Source: Chrysomallon squamiferum (Eukaryota; Animalia; Mollusca). Taken from it: a DNA stretch of 64,000 nucleotides. Each line of letters begins with the position of its first letter. Position 1 is the stretch's first letter. A model generated the notes under the pieces. It did not search any database, had not been told where the DNA came from, and saw nothing but the letters and a program-made list of their open reading frames with translations. The stretch spans positions 1,178,001-1,242,000 of the forward strand of contig CM022668.1 of the NCBI GenBank assembly GCA_012295275.1, given 5' to 3'. Shown here one piece after another: positions 13,301-27,087 of the stretch. The translations under genes were made by a program, and so were the position numbers.

Positions 13301-16300
13301 CTGAGAGTTTAAACTTTTTTCATTTTCCAGTCTGCAGTAAGTAGTAAGTCATACCATATGACTGGCCAACTGGAGTTGCAGTGGGTGAACCAGACTCACA
13401 GTAGTAACCTTCACTGCAGCTTCCTGTCGGTGCGGCAAGTTCTAGAAACAGTAATAAAACAAAATTGTTAACATGAAAGAGATAATTCTAACATGAAATA
13501 CTGCTTACAAGTATTTGTTAGATCAAAGTATACTATTTTAAAATTACGTAACTTCAAAAACTCTTAATTTCTTAATGAAAACAATCATAATAAGTGAATG
13601 AATATATTCACCAACATACATACATTCATGCAGAAATGTTGATTTTTTTTTTGTTTCTGTAATGTCACAAAAGCTTATAGTTTTGGAGGTCCACTGAAAA
13701 GAATTGATCAAGTCATCTTTGAAATCTCAGTTCTGATTTCTGAAGGAAAAATCTCACTGAATATATTTAAAACATTTTTTTTTTTTTTAAATTCTGATAA
13801 ATTAATATCAGAGCTAAATTCAAAACTATAAATACTAACCTGCATCCTGACAGAACATTCCTGGTGTACATGGTATCTGAGTTGGGCTGCCTTGAGGACA
13901 GAAGTATCCTGCCTGACATTGGCCTCCTTTTGTAGGATCTGCTGGTTTAGCTGCGTCAGATCCTGATTTACAGTACCAGCCAGGATCACACTGGTCTGTG
14001 GGGCTGCTGAGTCCTTGTGAACTGCAGTACATTCTGAAAACAACACGTTAACATATTATAGCTAGCACAGTACAGACGTGTCTGCATCCAAACACTAACC
14101 ATCAAAAGGACCAAAGCATTAGTAACAGTAAACAGTATTTCATTTATTCTTTCTGGTAAAATAAACTAATTAATCTAAAAAAAGTATAACTTCTGATCAC
14201 TTATATAAATATGTTATCTAAACTTATATTATATACTATACACACATATTTTACTAAAATAGACATTAATAAAAATTTTAAATATTTTAATACAAATCCT
14301 AGTGAGATATTTTGCAAATATTTGAGAAAAATAATTCTGAATTCTTTTAATGGAAACGTAGTGAAATGATGATAATTTGTGATCTTCATAAAGAGTGATA
14401 ATACAAACCCTGGAGAACATGGCAAACAGTCGTCAGCTTTCGATGCTCCTGTAAAGTTGAGGTAAGTTCCTGCTAAGCAGGGTGTCTGAGTTCCACTTTG
14501 ATACTTGGCTCCACACCAGTAGCCAGTGGGACAGGGGATGGGGTCACTGGTGTTTACAGGACAGTAACTACCGGCTGGACAGTTGAGGCAGCTGACTGCT
14601 CTCGTGTTGTTGACGTACGTCCCAGCTGGACAAGCTTGTGGAGCTGTTGATCCTTCTGCACACTTGTAACCTAAAATAAGTTTTTTATTTAGCTTTAAAA
14701 ACAGCAAAACTCAGACATTTCACACAATAGTAATACTAAGTGTGTCTTATGACTGTACAAATAATATGAATGTATATATCCCATAAACACTGATTTAGTT
14801 TGTTCAGTGTATCTGTGACTGATATGTCTCTGACACCTAAATATTCTCTGATGTCTCTGTGATTGTATAACTAAGCTCAGCAGACGGTTTTCTGTTCAGG
14901 ATACTGAGTGACTGCATTCTATGTGAGCATTTTTCTATAATTTTATAATTTCAACTAAAAAGAGCAAGGACTGACAAACCTGTTGGACATTCATCTCCGT
15001 ATGTCTTGTTAACTGGTGATGGTTCTGGGGAGCCCTTAGTGCAGTAGTACCCAGCTGTACACAAACCTGCAGGTTCTGTTGCATTCAGATATGGACAGTA
15101 CTTTCCTCCATCACACAACAGACAGTCTGATTCCTTTGTATTCTCTGCTGAGTAACTGAAAAGTTCAGTGTTAAGATTAAAATCTCTTATCATTAGAGGA
15201 GCAATAAGTATATCTATGGTAAATTATCTAAATTCATTTTGTATGCAGCTTTATTATTACTATTATTACTATTATTACTTGTCTTTCTTTTTCCTTTTTC
15301 TTTCTATTTATTTATTATTAGTTGTATTTTTTAAATATTTTTTTTATTAAATCAACCTTTACTAATGACAAACAATAATATTTTGGGGATACATAATAAG
15401 GAATGTTTTCCTTTTGTATTGACATCATTTTATATTAACAGAAAGGTTAAATAATATATATATTGTTGAGAAACAATATCAACCCAGAGAAAGAAGTAAA
15501 TACTCATATAAACACTGACAGCTTTGAACAGTGTCCAGAGTGTACATTCCTGTCATAAAACTTATTAGAACTAAATGACAGTTTACAATCACGGTCATTT
15601 GTCTGAAGCCAAAGAAACACCAATGGTTGCTGTGTATACAACTTACTCGAGTCAGTCAGAAACCCCCTTTCTCATCTCTCAGAGCACAGAAGCAGGATTA
15701 CAACAGTGATAAAGAATTTGGCTAACATAATCTATACATAACTAATTTCTGCTTTTTGCTAATGGCTTGCAGAGAATTTTAAAACATATTGTGGCTTAAT
15801 TATTTTTTACACACCCATAAGTTCCAGGAGGGCACGGTGTGGGTGTTACGCTTCCTTCAGGGCAGTAGAATCCCTTCAGACATTTCCCATGCAGTGCATG
15901 ATCTATTTCATTAGGTACTGGAGTTGTGGCTTGGGCCTTTGCCCAGTGACCAGCTGCAATTTGCCCAGTGACATTTGCACTGCCTGAAACAAAGTGAATA
16001 GTAATGAATGAACTGAATGAATAAATATTGTCATTATAAAATATCTAGTATTTTTAAAACAACAAGAGGATGTTAGAATACAGCTGTGAATAAACTGGAC
16101 AAATACATTTTGTCTGTATGAATATCTGGTAGTTATTTTAAAATTAAAATAATATAACAAGATGAAAGAGTATAATTAGAAATATTTCTAATATATGAAT
16201 CACAACAAGTTAATGAATGCCAACATCTCAGGATCAGCAAATCAGTTTTAAATCAATGGTCACCTTCAATACAGTAGAATCCTGGCTCACAGTCACTGCA

Positions 16301-17289
16301 CTCTGCTGCAGATTTCAACCCTTCTCGGGCCCCATACGTTCCTGCAGGGCAGGGCATCCCACTGGTCACTGGGATTGCAACAGTGCTGGCAACACAGTAC
16401 AGACCTAAACAGAAACACACACATAGTACTCCTCATTCTAACACAAAATTCTCTACTATTTCAGTGTGTCTCTCTCCACTGAACTAAATCTGTATGTTAC
16501 AAAGAAATAAATTATAATACAATTTATTAAAAAAAAATTTAAGGTATTTTTAAAATAAATTTTGAAGACTGTTTCTATCAAATTCCAGTGAAAAATAACG
16601 TTAAAAATATCCATTAAAAATCTTTTAGAAATAATATGCCTAATGTAAATAAATGCATTTTCAATTAGATAAAAAAGAAATGATAAACATTTGTAATATT
16701 GTTACACCTGTAAGACAAACAGCTGGTGTTTATTATCACCTGATATATCAAATCTCTAATTACCTTTAATATAAAGCATTTGTTATCACCTGTAGAATCA
16801 AATGTTTGTTATTACCTATTGGATTTGTTGTTTACATTATAACTTCTAGGACAGGAATGTCATTATCTCTAGGTTAAGGTGTTTCTTTTGTTTACTGGTT
16901 CTTACCTCTAGAACAAGGACTTGGGGCTGTCCCAGGAGAACACAGGAATCCTGCAGGACACAGAACACATTCCGACATACCAGTGTTGTTGGCATGGTAA
17001 CCTATAGAACATTGTTTAGGAGTGTCAGATCCAGCTGGACAGTAGTGATGTAGTGGACAAATTGATCCAGTTGAATTAGAACAGGTGGGTCCAGTTTCAT
17101 TAACTGGATCAGGAATCCAGGCCCCACCTATACAGTAGTAACCTGGTGAACAGTCACCTAGAGTATATGGAAAAATAACGTAGTATCAAAGAGAAAACAT
17201 AAAAGGAAAAATATAATGTGTAACTTGATTTCTAAAACATCTTCTATGTTTCTTCTTATTCTCCTTTGTGTCACACACTCACAAACTCA

Positions 17290-17337
<48 letters not shown>

Positions 17338-20300
17338 CACACACATGCACCACACAACACACAAACACACAACACAACACACACGCACGCACCACACACA
17401 CACACACACACACACACACCAAGACAGAGATGTCAGAAACATACCTTCAAAAATACTAACTAACATGATAATATTGACAAATAAACTATTTAATAAATAT
17501 TTACATATATTTATATATTTAACAAGAAAATGCAGAATTAGATAAACTTGTTTGGTACCTGTAGGTTCTGTGAGTGCAGTTCCATTGCAGTATTTTCCTG
17601 GATCACAAGGTTTACATGCTGTTTCCTCAGACGCTCCACCCATATCTGGGTTATATGTTCCCCTGGGGCAGGGAATCATGTATGATGTTCCTTGTGGACA
17701 GTAGTAACCAGCATGACAACGGTCTCCATAGGTGATCAGAGTTTTGTTACCAGAAGTGTCATTGTTGTACACTGGGTCATCATTAAGAGCTCCTTCATAA
17801 CAAATGTGCCCAGCTTTGCACGGCCCGGTGGGTTCAGTCGCACCCCGGTTCTGACAGTAGTAGCCTTTCTCACACACAACACAGTCATCAATACTTGTCC
17901 GGTGAGTCCTGAAAATATCAGTTTATTCTCTGTCAACCATATTAAGCTGTTTAATGAATATAATAAACCATGGTATAGATTACACAGCAACAACCAATAA
18001 TTTCTAAAGCTTAGTTTCCAACTTACGCATTAGAGTAGGTTCCTGGTGGGCAATCTTGGGGTACCACACTGCCATTTCCACAGTACTGACCAGCTGGACA
18101 TGGAACTTTGTCAGTCATTGTCTTGTTTTCACAGTAGTAGCCCGGGTCACATACAAAGCAATATGAATAGGCGTGATACGGCATGTATGTACCAATCTCA
18201 CACTCTCGCTGAGCTCGAGAACCATTCAAAGAGTAATGTCCTGAAAATATGAGTAAAACAGTTTCATAAAAACACTGCATGACAAACAAGGTTTTAAAAT
18301 AACTAAACATGCATGTGTACTGTAAATGTTTGTAAGTTAAACATGCTACATCTAATCCAAATTCTAAAGGCACACCTATTTTCCTAGACCCAGTCCAACA
18401 GAACCAAAAAATAATTAATTTATAAAGTAATATATTAAACATTTTCATAAAAGTCAGACTCATCAACAGGCATTTAAAACAATTCAGCCCATTGTAACAT
18501 TTTAAATAATAATAACACATACCTGGTTCTGTTGCATTCTGGGTAGGAATTTTTGCTCCCCCTGTACAGAAATAGCCTCCCCAGCATTGTCCTGTTGGGG
18601 CCCCACCTGCCACAGATGAGCAGTAGTACCCAGGGTCACATTCGAAACAGTCGTATGTGTTAACAGCACCTGTCACATTGCTGTAAGTACCCATAGGACA
18701 CGGCTTTGCAACCCACGAACCTTAAAACATTAGTGAAATGTTCAGTTTAAATCACTCTTAACATCTACTGTATTTTATAAAAAGAAATGAAAAGTTAAGA
18801 TGGAAAATTTCATGAAAACAATCAGGAATAATTATTAGTTTACAGTTATAAAAATAAATAATGTTTGGACAAGTCAGCTTCTTCAGTTCCTGTACATTGT
18901 AAAAAAATAAATTGAAGGTGAGACTAAGATAGAATTTCTTTATACTGCTAAAACAATCAAAGACACATATTAACATGAATAAATATTAATATATGCATTG
19001 TAATATTTAAACTGATGTTTATATTCAGTATATTAACCTAAGATAATTACAACAAATAATCAGAATTAATAACAACAAGACACATACATATATTAAATTC
19101 GCTGAATCTGTCAACATCTCTATCTGTATCCTTGTGCATATACACCTGTGCACTAAAACACAAATAGTTTATTACTACTACACGCCCACCTAAAGTACAG
19201 TAGCCACCAGCTGGGCAGACTTCTCCAGTGACTCCATCAATGGGACTGGACGATGAGGATCCATTGTAACACAGGTAACCAGGATCACATGGAGCACGGG
19301 GCTGGAGCAAACCAGGAGCGTCACAGTACCAACCAGGATCACAGAGTTTACAGTCCTCCATCTTCTCCAGTTCTGAACACAAACAGGTAAGTAAATAAAT
19401 AAATAAATAAATATAAATGTTGATGTTGATGGAAAAAGATGAAGTAAAAATAATGTTGAAGTGTATTTTGTTACAACTTACTTTGGCTCTCTCCATATCT
19501 TCCCACTGGACAAGGCTCTGGTTTAGCAGAGCCCTGGGTGCAGTAGTAACCCCTGGGGCAGTCTGTGGGTTGTGATGACGCCTGCTCACAGTATGACCCA
19601 GCAGGACAAACCTTACACGATGTCACGTTTGGTGTAGCTAACACGTCTGTGTATGTTCCTTCAGGGCATGGCTCCTACATTACATAGAGACAATGTGAAA
19701 CTTTACAATCTTATCTTAACAAAATATGTATTTCTCCACTGTTCAATATCTTGATGATTAATTTTGGTATATTTTTATTAACTGTACTAATAATCATGAT
19801 ATGATCATTTCAATAATAATAATAATAATAATAGCAATGAAAAAAAAGACAAAAATGACAATAACAACAGCAAAACAACAACAATTTTTAAAAAGATGTT
19901 CAGTAGAAAATGAGAGTATTATAAATAATTATCATCAAACAATTAACGTGAGTTGTGGCTGTGTTGTAAGATATTAATCTTTCTTGCATCTTTGTACACA
20001 CCAATTCATTACCTGTTTGTTTGTACACCTCAGTTCATTACCTGTTTGTACACCTCAGTTCATTACCTGTTTGTTTGCACACCTCAGTTCATTACCTGTT
20101 TGTTTGTACACCTCAGTTCATTACCTGTTTGTTTGTACATGTCAATTCATTACCTGTTTGTTTGTACATGTCAGTTCATTACCTGTTTGTTTGTACATGT
20201 CAATTCATTACCTGTTTGTTTGTACATGTCAATTCATTACCTGTTTGTTTGTACATGTCAGTTCATTACCTGTTTGTTTGTACATGTCAGTTCATTACCT

Positions 20301-23300
20301 GTTTGTTTGTACATGTCAGTTCATTACCTGTTTGTTTGTACATGTCAATTCATTACCTGTTTGTTTGTACATGTCAATTCATTACCTGTTTGTTTCCTGA
20401 GCCTCCTATCTGTGGAGGGTTGTTTCCGTATGGATTTGTGAATGGGCTGGGACAATAATATCCTTGAATACAGGCTCCTGTTGTAGAACTTGATCCTTCC
20501 AGACAGTAGTATCCTGCAGGACAAGGAGCGCAGTCTGTGACTGCAGCAGCTCCTACAGTTTCCCTGATTGTACCAACTGGACATTTTATCTCTTCCACGG
20601 TCGCTGTACACAAACAAAAACAAAAACAATTATTGTATTTTTTTAAAGAAATTAAAAATAAATGTTTTGTGGAATATGGAGAAGAAGATAGTCACTGGTA
20701 AGAAGTGTGTGATAAGCAACAGGATCAATCTTCAGGTTACTCACTGAACCTTTTCTAATTACAGGAAGGGTTCCATGAATAAAATGATCAAGCTGTAATG
20801 TATGCCTGCCTCTCAGAGGAAAGATACATAAAACCCTCCCCCAGTTAATCAAATAAGTGGTGGTGGCAGGTTTCTGCTCTCTTTTCATTTCTGTATTAAA
20901 GTTGTATTTGCCACCTGGTACTTGTTTGATATTAAAATGTGTGTCATTGAACATTCATTCATTCAGGTGTCAGATAATGGTCTCACCTGATGGGCAGTAT
21001 TTGCCTGCAGTGCAGTCTGTTGCCTCGGAGACATCGGTCAGTCCACCTTTACAGTACTTGCCTGCTGGACACTGTTTTGTAGTCAACATGGCCTCTTCAG
21101 AAGTTGTGTCATTATCACAGTAATATCTGAATAACAAATAACCTGGATTTTAATTATCACAGTAATATCTAAATAACAATATTAACCTGGATTTTAATTA
21201 TCACAGTAATATCTGAATAACAAACAGTAACCTGGATTTTAATTATCACAGTAATATCTGAATAACAAACAGTAACCTGGATTTTAATTATCACAGTAAT
21301 ATCTGAATAACAAACCGTAACCTGGATTTTAATTATCACAGTAATATCTGAATAACAAACAGTAACCTGGATTTTAATTATCACAGTAATATCTGAATAA
21401 CAAACAGTAACCTGGATTTTAATTATCACAGTAATATCTGAATAACAAACCGTAACCTGGATTTTAATTATCACAGTAATATCTGAATAACAAACCGTAA
21501 CCTGGATTTTAATTATCACAGTAATATCTGAATAACAAACCGTAACCTGGATTTTAATTATCACAGTAATATCTGAATAACAAACCGTAACCTGGATTTT
21601 AATTATCACAGTAATATCTGAATAACTAACCGTTACCTGGATTTTAATTATCACAGTAATATCTGAATAACAAACCGTAACCTGGATTTTAATTATCACT
21701 GTAATATCTGAATAACAAACCGTAACCTGGATTTTAATTATCACAGTAATATCTGAATAACAAACAGTAACCTGGATTTTAATTATCACAGTAATATCTG
21801 AATAACAAACAGTAACCTGGATTTTAATTATCACAGTAATATCTGAATAACAAACAGTAACCTGGATTTTAATTATCACAGTAATATCTGAATAACAAAC
21901 ATTAACCTGGATTTTAATTATCACAGTAATATCTGAATAACAAAATTAACCTGGATTTTAATTAACATTGTTAATGATCTCAAATCAGACAAATCATTGA
22001 TCATACAAATAAAAAACATTTTCATCTCTGCAATGTACAAAAATCTTATTCAGTGAAGAGAACTGGTATTTTGCAAATTCACATCTCAGCTGATTAAATA
22101 AATAAAACAAGTACTAAATTTGTTAATATTAACATAGAGGATATCCATCTTTGATCATAAATTAAATTTTTTTTTTATCATCAATTACCCATTGAACAAT
22201 GACAAAATATTTTGTGTACAGTTTAACATAGCTACCCAATTTTACAGCTTTTGCAGTCAAACTCTCCTGCTTTTGAATAGAAGCCCTTTCCACAGGCAAC
22301 CGGGGCGATTGTTTGTTCAGCACACTTTGATCCTCCTGGACATGGCAAACAGTCCGATTCTCTCTTTGCTGCAGAACCATCTAAAAAACAAGTATAACCT
22401 TTAACAGTATTTTAAATAAATAATTTGAAATAATTATTTTTTTTACAGAATTTTAATTTTTTTTTTTAATGTTCTTACAAATACAAAAACATTTTTCTAT
22501 TCAGATCCTTAACAAATTACAAAATGATCCATATTTTGCATGAGTTTACCCCCATGGCTGTGATACTGAGTTCCTTTACAAATGGAAAAGGATTTTTCTC
22601 ACAGCATATTCACAAAATGTTTCTGAAAAAGATCCAGCTGTTGCAGGAATATTTTTGGCATAACTGTTACCTGTCACATGGAATATTGTTATCACATATC
22701 TGTAACAAAATAATGTCCTGTTGAAATAAAATATATCATTTTTTTAATAGAAAAACACACACAATATATATATTTTAATTAAAAGAACATTTATTAGTCT
22801 TATATTACTAAACAGCAGATCAAACAATAAATTCACTTTGTAAAAAATAAAAACTGTTAAGTAAAAATAATCAGAAGATATGTTTAATGTATCTACTGAT
22901 TACAAAGACACTGTAATAAACAAGCAACAGTTAAAGATTTTACTGTGTGGTAATGAAAACAGAAAATTCTCCAATGCTTATTCAGTACAGATTTATGACT
23001 TTGTCTTAACTGATTGATATCTTCTGCCAATATGAACAGTATTTTGTTCACAGTGTGATGATTACTTCTTGTTTACCTTGAGTGCAGTTGAGACAGTCGC
23101 TAGTTGCTGACTTCCCGTCATGTGGGTTGTAGGTTCCATTCTCACAGCCGTGGTCAGTGTAGTACGCAGTTTTCAGTGGACAGAAGTAGCCAGGCACACA
23201 GAGACCGTCAGGGGCCGACTGACCACCTGCAAATAACAACACAAGTTTTATAAACAGGTTATTTTAAATATATTAAAAGCAGGATAAAAAGAAAATTTAG

Positions 23301-26300
23301 TATTTCTGTGATAAAGCCAGTATAAAGCTGATTTTTCACTTTCCAGTACTGGCAGTTTTCAATATTCTAGGATTTATTCACTTTCATATCAATGTGAGTT
23401 CATATACAAGTAACAGACTAAGAATTTCTCTGACACAAACCTTTGCAGTAGTAGCCTGGAGGGCAGTCGTCACATTGTGAGGCCTCATACAGATTTGACT
23501 GGTTGCTGTACGTTCCCTTGGGGCAGGGGAAGCGGTCTGGGCTGGGTGTCTGCAGGGGGCAGTAATAGCCAGGTTTACACGGCTGAGGGGGGTTTATTGT
23601 CTCTCCTGAAATAAAAAAATCAGTTTGTAAAGATTACTGATACTTAACCTTTCAGTTGTCAAACTTCATGTTATTGTTTTTATATCCACAGTGAGTTTCT
23701 GACCATATTAGATCATCCAATTTTCTTATTTTCATTAATTAAACTATTGTCCACATCTCAGTCAGTTCTTGTTATTAAATACTGATAATCAACACCATAA
23801 AAGAATATTAAATAAACATCTACATGAGAACTTACCAACTCCAAACAAGCAGTATTTGCCAAGAGGACAAGGGTCACACTCATCTGCATTGGTCAGATTT
23901 GTCCGTCCAGTGAATGTTCCAGGCAGACAGGGGAACTGATCGTCTGTGATGGTTCCTGGTGGACAGTAGTGACCTGTAAATAAAAACAGTTTCATTTCAG
24001 TCAGTTCTGACATTCTTGTATATAATCATCTTTAGTTACTACTAGACATTAATCAATGTATATGTGTGTGTGTGTGAGTCTGTGTGTGCATGCATGTATG
24101 CATGCATGTGTGTGTAAATACTTGTCCAAGAAGAACCAGTTTGGCTTATTTATTAAATGGCTGACAATGATCATTGGTGTTGTGCAGTTAATGGACTTCC
24201 AGATATTTAGTTTTGATAAATAAATAAGGAGAGAAAAATACATATTAATCTTTCAAAACCTTAGTAAAAATTAGCTCATTAGCAAACATGACGAAAAATA
24301 TTTATTTAGGCTATAAACCGGCCATTTCATTGCCACCCCAGTTTTTCTATAAGATAAAAACATAAAATATTGAGTAAATTAGACTATTTGTAATTTCTGT
24401 GTTTACCTTCTTTACAGGGCAGAGTGGCTGCTGTCTGGTTGATGTAGGGACAGGCAAACCCCGCCTCGCACTCTTTACAGTTGATAGGGTGACCTGTCTG
24501 AGGATCAGGGTTGTAAGTTCCAGGGTTACATGGTAGTGGTGAAACCCTGGGTTCAGCCTGTGTCCCCCATGGACAGTAAAATCCAGCAGGGCAGGGCAAG
24601 CATTCAGTGGAGTCTGCAAAAAGTGTGTTTAATTTGTGAAATAAAATTGTAAATAATTTTACTTAAGAATCTCAGTATAGGTAATTATAAAAAAAAAAAA
24701 AGTTTTTTTTACTGTATTTGTAAGAATTTTTTTGTTCATCTATTTCATTACATATTAATAAAACAAACTCTCATTTTCAAAATAGAATTTTTAAACTCAA
24801 GCCTGTTATAACATTTTTTTGCTACATTAAATTTTGTTTAAATATTCATACTCTGATATCCAGTTGAAGGTCCGTATGTTCCTATAGGACAAGCATTTTG
24901 AAATCCTGATGCCTGACCCCCCACACAGTAGAAGCCGGCTGGACAGTCATAGCCAAGGTCAGCAGTTCCCTGGGGACAATACCTTCTTTCTGGACATGGC
25001 TCACACACCTGAGAACTGGTAGCGTTGGTTTTATTGCTGAATGTCCCTCCTACAAAACAAACAATTATTTTCACCTTTAAGGTATTTATCACATTTAGTT
25101 GTTTAAATATGCATTCATTATTTTTTTTAGTAGATCGAAAATAATAATAAATATATATATATAAAATTCTTATTAATGAAAAACTAAATTTTAGATATTG
25201 CCCATCCAAAAAAAAAAAAAAAAAGAAGAAGAAAAAAAAAGAAAAAATTATCACTAAAAATGAATTAGTTTTATTATTAATTTTAACAGTTAAATGGTTT
25301 CCAAAACTTTCTGCTGTAAAATAAAACCAACTATTTCAGTAGCACATATTCCTCAAAAATCAAAAATCAAAATCTTTTATTATTTTTGAAAGGAACTAAA
25401 ATATAAAGACTAATGTTAAAAAAGATTTAAAAAATCACTTAACAGTTACTTTCTGCATAATGGAAAACCACTAATCAGGTTTTGTTAGTAACAAAAATGA
25501 CAAAAGAAAGACAAATAGTGAGAAGGGGAGACAACTAACCTGGACATGGATACTGAGTTCTCATGGTGGTTCCCTGTAGACAGTAATATCCTGCAGCACA
25601 AGGATACTGCTCATAGTCCTCCACACCTGGTCCTTCACAGTAGTATCCTAACAACAAATGCAGTATTAAAATATGGCACATTCACAGCTTTAGAGAAGTA
25701 AGGTGTTACGCTGTTCTGTTTTTTACTTCTATAAGAAATGTCCCAAATGGAATAATTAATATATATTTTGTAAATATTTCTTGAGTTGAAGAACATTTCT
25801 TGATAAAATATATGGGGAAAAAAAGAAAAAATAGATTTCTTATTTTTGTCTTGTCAGTCATTGTTGACAAACTGTCTGACTATTTGTCTGTTTTGTTTAC
25901 AGTCAGCTGTGTTGTTCTCTAACACATTAAACATCCGTTTTGTTTATCACAAATCATGTTAATACTTTTTTCTCACTGATGATTTCAAATGAAAATAATT
26001 CAACCCACATAATATAGGCAGCTCTGAAACAGCAGTTGTAATCAAAAGCTGTGAGATTAAATGTGGGATTCTGTTTATATAAGGAATTAAAATTAAATTA
26101 CTTTTCTTAGAAATAAATGTTTTTAAAAATAAATGAAGTAGTATAAACTAAATAACTGCAAATGTATGTTTATGAACAAAGAGGATAAACATGATTTGAA
26201 AATTTGGATAATGCAGATATCTTTTGATAGTTTTTTCCAATAATGGAGTTTTACAGTAAAATAACAGATGCAGAGTATCAGTATGAACATGTCAAAATAA

Positions 26301-27027
26301 TAACATAAATAGTTTTTGTATATATTCAAATGTGTAAACTTTTACTTTACTATTATCAAAGCTGGTACACAAAACACAAATAACTTGACGATTATTCTGT
26401 GTATGAAGATGCATTTTGTCAATAAAATAAAGGTGTCAATAGGACAATGATGAAAACCTGAAGGGCAAGGCAGACACGCCTCCAAGCTGGTGGATCCATT
26501 CAAAGGATTGTATGTTCCTGCTGGACAAGGGAAGAAATCCTTCCCATCACAGTAGCCTCCCTTTGGACAGAGTCCATCAGGTGGCGCTGATGAGTTAGAG
26601 GTTATAGGACATTTGTATCCTGCGTCACATGTTTTGCAGAATGTGGATCCTGGGGTGGAGTATGTTCCAGATTGACATTCTGATTTTCTTGACACTGAAA
26701 TGTATGTGTGAAATAAGAGATGAATGTTGCAAATAAATTCATACTTCAAACAAAAGATGTAAATAAATACAAGACTAATTCTAAACTGGAGACAAATGAA
26801 AAATATTTTTTTATGATATATGACGACTGAATTTTATTAATAAAATTATTAATATCATAAATGATAATCCTATCATATTTACTATCACAACAACAACAAC
26901 AAAATAATGATAAAACAAATTAATAACTACAACAATTTGGTATTATCTTAGTAGATATTTATAACAATAACAAAATATTATAGTAAATAATAGGTACCAA
27001 TCACAAATTATAATAATCTCATATATC

Positions 27028-27087
<60 letters not shown>

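Noticed and set aside
19953-20458. Three overlapping plus-strand repeat ORFs
   Set aside because: They are translations of the 29-bp minisatellite.
21169-21924. 251-aa ORF of [15 protein letters not shown] repeats
   Set aside because: It results from a 45-bp (multiple of 3) intronic minisatellite, is out of frame with the exon and has no real ATG start.
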